Shown here: piece by piece, positions 30,296 through 38,714 of the stretch
Position numbering within the stretch: position 1 is the stretch's first letter
Layout: each line of letters opens with the position of its first letter
From: an uncultured bacterium
GTDB taxonomy: Bacteria > Patescibacteriota > Minisyncoccia > UBA6257 > 2-01-FULL-56-20
DNA length: 64,000 bases
Assembly (NCBI GenBank): GCA_963707865.1
Contig: OY970175.1
Coordinates: 556,011-620,010, forward strand
Direction: 5' to 3'
Notes under the pieces: generated by a model
Told to the model about the DNA's origin: nothing
Database searches by the model: none
Seen by the model: the letters and a program-made list of their open reading frames with translations, nothing else
Made by a program: the position numbers and the translations under genes

Positions 30296-31594
30296 CTATT
30301 TCTTCCTCCGCCGGAGGAACGCCGGGATGTCCCACGCGTCGCTTTCCTTCTCTTTCTTTTCTTTGTTTGATTTTGATTCGGCGGGAGCGGCGGAGGCCTT
30401 TGCGGGAGTGTCTATGGAGGAGAATATCTCGTTATCCGAAGACCGTTCGCGTTCGGTGCGAAACGTAGCGGCAGTTTCCTTCCCTGCCTGCGGTTTCTTC
30501 GTTGAAAACGATTCAGACGCGGGCGATCCGACGCCAGGCCGGGCGCCTCCGCCGCCGCTCATCCCGCCGCCGAACATGCCCGGTTGCCGCTCGTAGTGGC
30601 TCCCGCCGAAGAGCGCGGTGGTGGAACCTCCGTTGAAACCTGCGGCAATCACGGTTATTTTGATCTGCCCCTGCTTCAAATTGCGGTCGTGATACGCGCC
30701 GAAGATGATGCGCGCGCCGGGATCGGCGGTCTGCGCAACGATCTTCGCCGCTTCATTAATCTCGGTCATCTTCAAATCTCGTCCTCCCGATATTCCCAAG
30801 AGTACCGCTTTTGCGCCTTCGGGACTCGTCTCCAGTAGCGGCGAGTGGAGCGCTTGGTTCACTGCCGCGACGGCGCGGTCCTGGCCGGAGGCCACCCCGA
30901 CGCCGATGATCGTCACGCCTGCGTCCTGCATGATGTTCTTCACGTCGGCGAAATCCACGTTGATAATGCCGGGTGTCGCAATGATCTCCACGATCCCCTT
31001 GAGCGCTTTCCGCAAAATGTCGTCAATCGCCTCAAACGCCTTTATGATCGGCGTGTCCTTGCTGATCACGGTGAAAATGCGGTCGTTCGGCACGACGATG
31101 AGCGCATCCACTTTATCGCGCAATTTCATAAGCCCCTCTGCGGCAATCCTCTCGCGCTGGCTCCCCTCAAAGGTGAATGGCTTTGTAACAACGGCGATCG
31201 TGAGCGCCCCCGCCTGCTTTGCGGCTTCGGCAACGACAGGCGTGGCACCCGTACCGGTGCCACCGCCAAGCCCCGCCGCGAGAAACACAAGGTCGGCTCC
31301 TTTCACGATCTCACCAATTTCGGAGCGGTTTTCTTCCGCGGCCTGCCTGCCAAGATCGGGATTCATGCCCGTTCCCAGCCCCTTCGTAAGCCCTTTCCCT
31401 ATGTACAACCGATGCTTGACGTTACAGTGATCAAGGTCCTGGTGGTCGGTGTTGATTGCTACGAAATCAACACCGCGGACGAAATCGCGCGCCATCCGCG
31501 CGACCGCGTTCCCCCCTCCCCCACCGATGCCGATCACCTTGACGTTCGTCGTGAGCGGCTGAAATTTCTCTTTCTTCTTGTTAGAGGAAGCCAT
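30296..31594 (-). CDS. ftsZ: Cell division protein FtsZ
   Basis: GIGGGGGNA, GLGGGTGTG, INVDFADV, C-terminal DIPAFLRR. Confidence 0.98.
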   Translation of the reverse strand: MASSNKKKEKFQPLTTNVKVIGIGGGGGNAVARMARDFVRGVDFVAINTDHQDLDHCNVKHRLYIGKGLTKGLGTGMNPDLGRQAAEENRSEIGEIVKGADLVFLAAGLGGGTGTGATPVVAEAAKQAGALTIAVVTKPFTFEGSQRERIAAEGLMKLRDKVDALIVVPNDRIFTVISKDTPIIKAFEAIDDILRKALKGIVEIIATPGIINVDFADVKNIMQDAGVTIIGVGVASGQDRAVAAVNQALHSPLLETSPEGAKAVLLGISGGRDLKMTEINEAAKIVAQTADPGARIIFGAYHDRNLKQGQIKITVIAAGFNGGSTTALFGGSHYERQPGMFGGGMSGGGGARPGVGSPASESFSTKKPQAGKETAATFRTERERSSDNEIFSSIDTPAKASAAPAESKSNKEKKEKESDAWDIPAFLRRRKK

Positions 31595-31708
31595 TTAACT
31601 CAATAGTAGCAAATCTTCCTCCGGCGTGCCACCTGTGGATACCTACTGCGCACGGACAAAAGCTTATATCCGACGCTCTTTGAAACAACTCATTTATCGC
31701 ACAATAAT

Positions 31709-31951
31709 TTATTGCCCGCTTCCTTTCTTTGTCCAATCTTCAAATTTCGTATCTTCCGAATAGCCGAGTTCGAGCGCAAGCTTTCTTAAGTCTTCTTTTC
31801 GAATATCGGTAGATTTGTCAGGCTCCAAAAGGGAACAAACAAAATTATAAAGTATCGATAAATCCTTTTTTTGTGCTACGTCGGTTTCTCCGACTTGCGT
31901 CAAAGCTTTTTCAATAGCCGTTTTTTGGTTTTTAAGAAAGTCTTTGTTCAT
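31709..31951 (-). CDS. Hypothetical protein (80 aa, AT-rich)
   Basis: ORF in the low-GC insert between ftsA and ftsZ. Confidence 0.55.
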   Translation of the reverse strand: MNKDFLKNQKTAIEKALTQVGETDVAQKKDLSILYNFVCSLLEPDKSTDIRKEDLRKLALELGYSEDTKFEDWTKKGSGQ

Positions 31952-32049
31952 AGCTCAATGATGATATTTCTTCATTAAATGCCAATTAAAGCGGATGTGT
32001 ATAAGTGCCTCTTGTTGCATTATAGCTTATCTGGGCGTATAATATTACT

Positions 32050-32120
32050 AAAGGTTCCACCCCGCTAACAAGAGCTCTCGGGCTCTTTCCCGAAAGGGAA
32101 TAGGCGGGGTGGTCATTTTT
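32050..32120 (+). ncRNA. Candidate three-way-junction small RNA convergent on the DUF3800 gene
   Basis: TTGCAT(32015-32020)-17-TATAAT(32038-32043); outer stem 32057-32066/32103-32112; hairpins 32070-32087 and 32088-32099 (GAAA tetraloop). Confidence 0.7.
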
Positions 32121-32844
32121 TATGTTGGTAGTAAATCGTGTCACCCTTTTCAAAAACGTCAAAGCAGCTTTTTATCTTGTCTTTGATTTCGGCGTGCGGG
32201 CGTCCTTCGTTCCTTTCCACCTTCACATAGATTGCCCAACCACAATAGTCGGCGATTTGGCAATTGATGTCCATTCCGGTGTTATGAAAATAGACGTAGA
32301 AAGGTTTTTGAAATGTCTTGAAGTATCGCTTTAAGCTCTTGAGCACATAGCCCCGCTTGTTATTTGTGAAAACCGAACCCAAGACGACCACGATTTTTTC
32401 CACTTTGTTGGTATATCGCCTAAATATATACTGCAAAAGTATCTGAGATATTTTGTGGTAGAACTTTTCTTCGTAGTGTATGGTACTGATTTTAAAGCCT
32501 TTGCCGTCTTTATGCGTTTTAAGGTCGTATTCCAAATATAAAGACGGGTTAGCTTTATTCTTTTGCGCGATAACGCAATCGATTTCGAAGTCGCCTAAGC
32601 CTTTGATATTTTTGAAAACCACATCCCTCACCTTTTGCTGGTCTTCGGTAGCGTGGAAATATTCTTGGTCAACCCCATCACTTAAGAGCTCATACTTTAA
32701 TTTAGAAAAGACGTCCCTTGCCTCAAGCGGCTGGACGGTCGATATGGCCGTGAGCACGAAATATTTCGTTCCATTCGGGCTGAAATCGAAATTGCCCGAC
32801 TCGTCAATAAAAATGTAAAGGGTTTTGCCATCGAGCTCTTCCAT
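32113..32844 (-). CDS. DUF3800-family protein (predicted RNase H-like fold)
   Basis: LYIFIDESGN, FHAT, CQIADYC motifs; TATAAT at 32856-32851 before ATG 32844. Confidence 0.85.
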   Translation of the reverse strand: MEELDGKTLYIFIDESGNFDFSPNGTKYFVLTAISTVQPLEARDVFSKLKYELLSDGVDQEYFHATEDQQKVRDVVFKNIKGLGDFEIDCVIAQKNKANPSLYLEYDLKTHKDGKGFKISTIHYEEKFYHKISQILLQYIFRRYTNKVEKIVVVLGSVFTNNKRGYVLKSLKRYFKTFQKPFYVYFHNTGMDINCQIADYCGWAIYVKVERNEGRPHAEIKDKIKSCFDVFEKGDTIYYQHKK

Positions 32845-32976
32845 CAAACCATTATAAATCCAAAGAAAGTTTTTATACCAGTAAATCGTGGACTTTGGGG
32901 CGCGATGACACTGTTCGAAAACCATAGCCATAGCAGTGCCTTCTCGAGCGAAGCGATGAATGCGGAAGTGTTTTAG

Positions 32977-33969
32977 GCACACACATATGGCGGACTAGGT
33001 TTTGAACTCGGCAAGCGCTTCGTTCGGCGTCTTGCCATTCAGGCCACAGTGTTCAAGGTTGTTGTACTCAGTATTCCACCATCGTACCCTTTGGCGCAAA
33101 TCCTTTGCCGAAGCAAATGTTGTTTCGTGGTAGAGCGTTCTCTGGTCCGACCCATGCGAGCGTTCGACCTTGCCGTTCTGCGCGGGCTTCCCCGGATCGA
33201 TGAGGTAGTGCACGATGCCGCGTTCGGCGCAGAAGCGGTCCAAAGCGTGTTGATGGGCAGGCGAAAGATCCGCCCGCTTGTACGTGCCCGTGTACCGGTT
33301 GGTGAAGGTCGCATGGTTGTCCGTCTTCACGCCGGTGATCCGATATTCAAATCGCCGGATGACATCCGCAAGAAAGAGGAGGGTGTTCTGCGTGGACTCT
33401 TCCTCGAAAATCCGGAGGTAGCGCCAGCGGGAGGCACAATCGATCGCCGTATATTGAAAATATGCACGTCCCGCAACGGTTCCCGGCACATGCTTCACGT
33501 CGATCTCCATGAGGTCGCCAGGCTTCCAGGTGGCTTTGATATATTTGTACGTGATCTTTTTGGTACGATACTTCCGCACGAGCCTTTCTGTCTTCAAGAT
33601 TTTTCCGATGGTGCGCTCATGGATATGGATGCCCACCTTTTCGAGCTTCCAATGCAGTTTGAGCGCGCAGACCTTTCTCTTCTTGCGCAACGCGATGATT
33701 GCTTCCTTGATGCTGATCGGTGTTTCCTTGGGCGAGGTCTTCGGCCGGGTGGAACGCGGTTCAAGCGCTGATTCACCGCCACGCCGGTATGCCTGCAGCC
33801 ACCGCTCCAAGGTCCGCTTCCCATACGGAAACACCTTCATCACTTCGGTGGTGCTTGTGCGACCTTTTACAATGGGTTCCACCCACCGCACCCGCTCTTG
33901 TTTGATATTCTCAGCCATATGGATCGACATTCCCCGATTGTACGGGAGTCCGCCATATGTGTGTGCACA
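32977..33969 (-). mobile_element. IS481-family insertion sequence
   Basis: Perfect 20-bp inverted repeats gcacacacatatggcggact (32977-32996) / agtccgccatatgtgtgtgc (33947-33966); right end ...ACA. Confidence 0.85.
32995..33918 (-). CDS. IS481-family DDE transposase
   Basis: N-terminal HTH; EIDVK, AIDCASR, VKTDNH, QNGKVERSH; start 33918 or 33930. Confidence 0.92.
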   Translation of the reverse strand: MAENIKQERVRWVEPIVKGRTSTTEVMKVFPYGKRTLERWLQAYRRGGESALEPRSTRPKTSPKETPISIKEAIIALRKKRKVCALKLHWKLEKVGIHIHERTIGKILKTERLVRKYRTKKITYKYIKATWKPGDLMEIDVKHVPGTVAGRAYFQYTAIDCASRWRYLRIFEEESTQNTLLFLADVIRRFEYRITGVKTDNHATFTNRYTGTYKRADLSPAHQHALDRFCAERGIVHYLIDPGKPAQNGKVERSHGSDQRTLYHETTFASAKDLRQRVRWWNTEYNNLEHCGLNGKTPNEALAEFKT

Positions 33970-33982
33970 TTACCGAAGATGA

Positions 33983-34011
33983 TTGACAGTGCCGGCATAT
34001 TATGTTATCAT
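33983..34011 (+). promoter_or_regulatory. Strong sigma70-type promoter
   Basis: TTGACA-17-TATCAT with extended TG. Confidence 0.7.
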
Positions 34012-34083
34012 GTCCCCAGCGCGGGTAAGTAAGATAAGGGGCGCATCGGGCTCATTACGGGCCTCGAAAATAAGGAGGACGCT

Positions 34084-34470
34084 ATGACAGGCAAGGTTTT
34101 TGTGTTGATCGTATTTGGTTTAAGTTTCCTCTGGTACTCAATGGAGCGAGACCACGAGAGAGCGGCGGCTACGGCTGAGAAACTGATGGCATCCGCACCC
34201 GTTTACACGGCCTATGGATCTGTGATCTCGGCGCAGGAAGTTCCGAATGACTACGATGGCGGGAATCACCCGCAATCAATCATCGGGTTCGCCTGCGACA
34301 ATGGCAGCATCATCACCTTTCGGTTTGCGACGGTTGAGCCGCGGCTCCGGCAAGGTCTGCGTGCTAGGATTGTTTACAAGCCGCTCATAAATGGATACAC
34401 CCAGAGGCAAGTTGTTTTAGCCGACCAACCGTATTTCCTGTTAGTTAGTGCCGAACGCCTTGACCGCTGA
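34084..34470 (+). CDS. Hypothetical membrane-anchored protein
   Basis: TAAGGAGG SD, own promoter, N-terminal TM helix. Confidence 0.7.
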   Translation: MTGKVFVLIVFGLSFLWYSMERDHERAAATAEKLMASAPVYTAYGSVISAQEVPNDYDGGNHPQSIIGFACDNGSIITFRFATVEPRLRQGLRARIVYKPLINGYTQRQVVLADQPYFLLVSAERLDR

Positions 34471-34743
34471 CTGACCAGATTCGGCGGAACGAAGCGCAGT
34501 CCACTTCTACCTCGTTCTCGTTTTTATCGGCACTTTGGAAAGATGGCGTCTTGGGGTTGGTCATGGACCAGCCCCATTTCTTTTCGTGGCTGGAGAATTG
34601 GTGGAAGGTTCGGTGTCCTGGCGAGGACGGCGATATAAAAATCGAACTAATTTTGAAAAAGTAAAAAATCAAGGCATCTCGGTCTGTCCGATACTAAATG
34701 TAGCCTGCTCTGTTTCTAGAATCCGAGCCGATCGCCCAAACCA

Positions 34744-35988
34744 CTACGGCGTGAAGTAGCGGATGATCTTCCTCAAGCTGAAGCTTGAAGACGTTCCCTC
34801 CTTGCTCCAACCTTCGCCGTCCACGCCCCAGAGGACGAGGCCGAAAGCATTTACAAATTCGGGATCCTCAAGGAATTCCTTGAAAGGACCGCCGCTTGAT
34901 TCCCATTCATCGCTGACCGCGAAGCCAATTTGCGAGGAAAGTTTCATCTCCTGTTTTGCAAGATCGGTGATGCCGGGGAGTTTCGCACCGCCGCCCACGA
35001 GCACCGCGCCGCCGGGAAGCTCACCGAACTTTTGGAACAGCTTCAGCTCGTCGTTCACAAGATCAAAGATTTCCTCAAGGCGCGACTCTATGATCTCGGC
35101 CGCAAAGCGCCGTGAGATGACGTTCTTCGCTTCGGGCAGAAACTTCTTGAGATCGATGGACTCTTTGCTGCCAACATCTTTGGGAAACGCGTAGCCATAA
35201 TGCAGTTTTATTTCTTCCGCCGCGTCCACGGGAATTTTCAATCCCACGGCGAGGTCGTTCGAAATATTCCCCGCGCCGACGGGGAATTTCGCCACATCCA
35301 CGAGTCGCCCCTCTTCATAAACCGAGAGTCCCGTCGTACCGAAACCGATATCAACGAGCGCCGTGCCCAGGTCGCGCTGGCGTTTGGAGAGCGCCGCACG
35401 CGCGGCGACGAGCGGTCCGAAGACGAGCCCGGAAACCTCGCCACCGCCCAGTTCCACCACACGGATTAAATTTTTTATGTGTGGCGAGAATGCATCAATA
35501 ATCAAACTTTGCACCTCCAAGCGGCTGCCCGAGAGCCCTAGAGGGTCCGCGATCTCCCCCACGCCGTCCACGACGAATTCTTTGACCAGCGTGTGGATGA
35601 TCGTCCGATTTTGCGGGAGATTGACCGCCTGCGACGCCCGCACCGCACGATCAATGTCGTCTTGATAGATCTCCGCGTCGGCGCGCGAAACCGCGACGAT
35701 CCCGCGTGAGGATTGCATTTTCGCTTGCGGCGTACCGATGGAAATATAAACGTTTTTGAGCGCCGATTTGGAAACCTTCTTTGCGCCCGCGAGCGCGCGG
35801 CTCACGGCTTGCGAAACCTCACTCATCTCCACGATCACGCCTTTTCGCATGCCGTAGCACGGCACTTTCTGCACGTGCACGAGCGCCGGCTTCCCATCGC
35901 GCCGTTCGGCAACCGCTATCTTGATAGAGGAAGTGCCAATGTCCAAGCCCGTCACAAAATTGCCGCCCGAAAGCCCCTTAAGCTTCAT
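34744..35988 (-). CDS. ftsA: Cell division protein FtsA
   Basis: GLDIGTSSIK, GMRKG, VDIGFGTT, ISNDLA, VLVGGGAKL. Confidence 0.97.
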   Translation of the reverse strand: MKLKGLSGGNFVTGLDIGTSSIKIAVAERRDGKPALVHVQKVPCYGMRKGVIVEMSEVSQAVSRALAGAKKVSKSALKNVYISIGTPQAKMQSSRGIVAVSRADAEIYQDDIDRAVRASQAVNLPQNRTIIHTLVKEFVVDGVGEIADPLGLSGSRLEVQSLIIDAFSPHIKNLIRVVELGGGEVSGLVFGPLVAARAALSKRQRDLGTALVDIGFGTTGLSVYEEGRLVDVAKFPVGAGNISNDLAVGLKIPVDAAEEIKLHYGYAFPKDVGSKESIDLKKFLPEAKNVISRRFAAEIIESRLEEIFDLVNDELKLFQKFGELPGGAVLVGGGAKLPGITDLAKQEMKLSSQIGFAVSDEWESSGGPFKEFLEDPEFVNAFGLVLWGVDGEGWSKEGTSSSFSLRKIIRYFTP

Positions 35989-36099
35989 ATCCTCCTTATT
36001 CTATGCGGCGCAAGGGGCGTCCGCAACTGTGCATTGGCCGCACATTAAAAAATCATTAAGGAATGCTTGACTTTGTTCCAACCATTATTATCATGGAAT

Positions 36100-36185
36100 C
36101 ATGCCTGCGGGGTATCCATTCCCCTATCGCCATTTGAGGCGGTGGCAGGCATGTCAAAAAGAACCTCAGGCGAGGCTCTTTTTGA
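36100..36185 (+). ncRNA. Candidate three-way-junction small RNA plus terminator, convergent on the 122-aa gene
   Basis: TTGACT(36067-36072)-16-TATCAT(36089-36094); stem catgcctgc/gcaggcatg enclosing two hairpins; terminator 36154-36185. Confidence 0.65.
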
Positions 36186-36194
36186 TTTCATATT

Positions 36195-36563
36195 TTAACT
36201 CATGATGCTGTAAAAATGCTTCTGGCCGGCACCGACTTGTCTTGCAATAAGCTTCATCTTCCGGCCGTCGATGTGTTTCACAAATGACCAATATTGAACA
36301 AGGGTATACTTCCTTAGCTTGCGGTATCCCACATGGGCGCGAGGATCTGTTAATATTGCTCTTGCGTACCGCAACAACGATAAACGTTTCATCTGTTCCG
36401 ATTTTGGACAAAATTTTCTCCCCCTCCGGAGCAAGTGATTAAATCCGGCGTTCGCAAAAACGACCCTAGCCCCTCCAAGCGCAGGGCTTTTTACGATCCC
36501 TATTTTCTCGTAAAATGCTTTTGCGCGTTTTTCGGCTTCCTCGTAATCCCGTGGCGAGGGCAT
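36195..36563 (-). CDS. Basic hypothetical protein, possible BECR/RelE-like-fold RNase
   Basis: VVFANAGFNHL, YWSFV, KLIARQVG.GQKHFYSIM; the fold assignment is inference. Confidence 0.65.
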   Translation of the reverse strand: MPSPRDYEEAEKRAKAFYEKIGIVKSPALGGARVVFANAGFNHLLRRGRKFCPKSEQMKRLSLLRYARAILTDPRAHVGYRKLRKYTLVQYWSFVKHIDGRKMKLIARQVGAGQKHFYSIMS

Positions 36564-37009
36564 TCGCCCATCATGCCACGCCGGGCATTAAAATTTTCTA
36601 AGATACTTTTCTCTAACCGCACCATCTTTATAATGTCAGTTTTCTTCTTATGATCGTATCCAAAAAGATGCAGTATGCCGTGCAGCAAAAGCGGTATGGC
36701 ACGTTCAGGGCTTTGTTGCAAAATGTCGCGATTCAGGTAAATCTCGCCGAGATAGCGCCGCTTGGTCTCTGGATGAGGAAAATGGAGCGGCTCTGGAAAA
36801 GACAACACGTTCGGCTCGGAATACTTCACGAAGAAGCGTCTCTTGAGCGCCCTCATATCGCAGCCGGGTAGAAGAAAGATATCAAGCGTCGCATCCCGTA
36901 CGGCAGCGCGGCGCGCGCCGAGGACCTTCAAAATCCTTCTTGCAAGGCGATGTATTTCTTTCTCCATCCGCGTCGTCACGGTTATTCTCGTCACCGCTGC
37001 ATCAGTCAA
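36500..37009 (-). CDS. ybeY: rRNA maturation endoribonuclease YbeY
   Basis: NVLSFP, LGEIY, HGILHLFGYDH. Confidence 0.9.
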   Translation of the reverse strand: MTDAAVTRITVTTRMEKEIHRLARRILKVLGARRAAVRDATLDIFLLPGCDMRALKRRFFVKYSEPNVLSFPEPLHFPHPETKRRYLGEIYLNRDILQQSPERAIPLLLHGILHLFGYDHKKKTDIIKMVRLEKSILENFNARRGMMGECPRHGITRKPKNAQKHFTRK

Positions 37010-37448
37010 GTTTCTTCCTCACGATTTCGCCCACCGTCTTACCGTCCGCGCGGCCCTTCGTGAGTTTCATTGCCTCGCGCATGAGCGAATTAAAATCATT
37101 GAAACCTTTCCCCCTGAGCTCGTCCACCATCTTTTCAATTTCCTCCGCAGAAAGCCCCTTGGGAATATATTCATAGATCACCGCGAGTTCGGCCTCCTCT
37201 TTTTTTACGAGGTCGTCCCGCTTCCCCTGCCGGAAGAGTTCAATTGCCTCCTTGCGCCGCTTCGCTTCCTTTTGTAAAACCGCAACGGCTTCGTCGTCCG
37301 TCAGCGCCACGCCCGGCTGCTTCGCGTATTTATCCTTTTGCACGTTGTAGATGCCGGAAGACATGAACCGCAAAACGGCAACGCGCTCCGCATTGCCGCT
37401 TTTCATTGCCGCTTTCAGGTCGTCGCTCAATTTTTGGACAAGCATCAT
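37002..37448 (-). CDS. GatB/YqeY domain protein
   Basis: DLKAAMKS, KEAKRRKEAIE.F..G.R.DL, GRADGK; AGGAG SD. Confidence 0.92.
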   Translation of the reverse strand: MMLVQKLSDDLKAAMKSGNAERVAVLRFMSSGIYNVQKDKYAKQPGVALTDDEAVAVLQKEAKRRKEAIELFRQGKRDDLVKKEEAELAVIYEYIPKGLSAEEIEKMVDELRGKGFNDFNSLMREAMKLTKGRADGKTVGEIVRKKLD

Positions 37449-37592
37449 ATGCTCCTGCATTATAGCGCGATTGCGCATCAAAACAAAAAATGCCGCCCGT
37501 TATGAAAGGCAATTTGGAAAATGCAACAACGCATACAAAGGCAGAGGCCTTAGCCTCTGTTTGTACGCACTGGCTCCGGCGGCTGGAGGACA

Positions 37593-38201
37593 CTAGAACC
37601 TTATCCCAGCTTTTCTAAGATCAGCTTTGAGATGATCGTTGTCTGTAAAAAGGATTGGTAGATAACCAATCTCTACAGCTTTCTCCAAACTCTTAGACGT
37701 GTCATCCACAAAAATAACTTCTCCAGGGCGGACACCCAACTTCTTGAATACGGCATCGAACGCTTCCTTGTGCGGTTTTTGAAAACCGATTTCGCTGGAA
37801 ATAATAATTTCATCCACGAGCTGCGAAATCCCGTTTTCCTCCAGTCGTTTCCTAAGTTCGGTGGTCGCGTTACTTAAGATGGCAACTTTCAGCCCGGAAC
37901 GACGCAGTACGGGGAACAGGGTCAATAGGTCGGTGTTAATGTATCTCTTTGCATCATGCCTCCGTACCATTTCCCTCACGTGTTTTTCGGTTGCAGGATT
38001 TTTATCGAACACGCGGACGACTTCTATAGCCACATCTTCCCATGGCATATTCTGCACATTCGTAAGGTGATTGCGCTCGTGATAGGCCCTTCGGAATTCA
38101 TCAATGGGGACGCCGACAAACCGAGCGATGTGTTCCAATATGTTCCCTTCGTCATTTAAGTGAATGACGCCGCCGAAGTCGAATACAATTGCTTTGATCA
38201 T
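37593..38201 (-). CDS. HAD-family phosphatase
   Basis: IVFDFGGV, ILSN, KP, FVDD. Confidence 0.9.
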   Translation of the reverse strand: MIKAIVFDFGGVIHLNDEGNILEHIARFVGVPIDEFRRAYHERNHLTNVQNMPWEDVAIEVVRVFDKNPATEKHVREMVRRHDAKRYINTDLLTLFPVLRRSGLKVAILSNATTELRKRLEENGISQLVDEIIISSEIGFQKPHKEAFDAVFKKLGVRPGEVIFVDDTSKSLEKAVEIGYLPILFTDNDHLKADLRKAGIRF

Positions 38202-38253
38202 AAGCAGATTATAGCAAGGAGAAAAATATCCGTTCCGGCGGCCGGACGAGAAC

Positions 38254-38472
38254 CTAACCCAAAAGTCCAAGTTTCTTCATCCGTTCCACCTCTGCCCGCT
38301 TCTCATCGCGGTGGATTGCCGAGAGCTTGCGCTTGATCCGGCTCACCGATCGCTTATGGAACTTACGCGCGCGCGCTTCCTTCAAAATGCCGCTCCGCTT
38401 CACTTTCTTTGTGAAGCTGAAAAGTATGCTGTTCGGGGATTCACCCTCCCGTTTTCGTACCTCAACTGCCAT
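38254..38472 (-). CDS. rpsU: 30S ribosomal protein bS21
   Basis: VEVRKREGES...FTKKVKRSGILKEARARKF. Confidence 0.85.
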   Translation of the reverse strand: MAVEVRKREGESPNSILFSFTKKVKRSGILKEARARKFHKRSVSRIKRKLSAIHRDEKRAEVERMKKLGLLG

Positions 38473-38520
38473 GGGGAGAAGTATAGCAGAAAGAGAGAGG
38501 CATAGTCAAGAAAAAATGAT

Positions 38521-38714
38521 GGATAGGGTGATCCGCGCACGAATTGCTTTTGGGAACCGTACGGAGGCCGAGCGAAAAATCCGCGAGCGAATAGAAAAAA
38601 TGCCGGGTGCCCGGGAGCCGCGACCAGGGCGGCATTTTTTCGTTACGAGCGAGCTGGATTTTTGCGAGGCCGGAGAGGGTTCCAAAAATCAATTCGTGCG
38701 CAGGGGCCCTATCC
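38521..38714. repeat. Palindromic intergenic element, family A, copy 2
   Basis: ggataggg/ccctatcc, gcgcacgaattg/caattcgtgcgc and gaaaaaatgccg/cggcattttttc stems; homologous to the reverse complement of 27359-27529. Confidence 0.85.
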
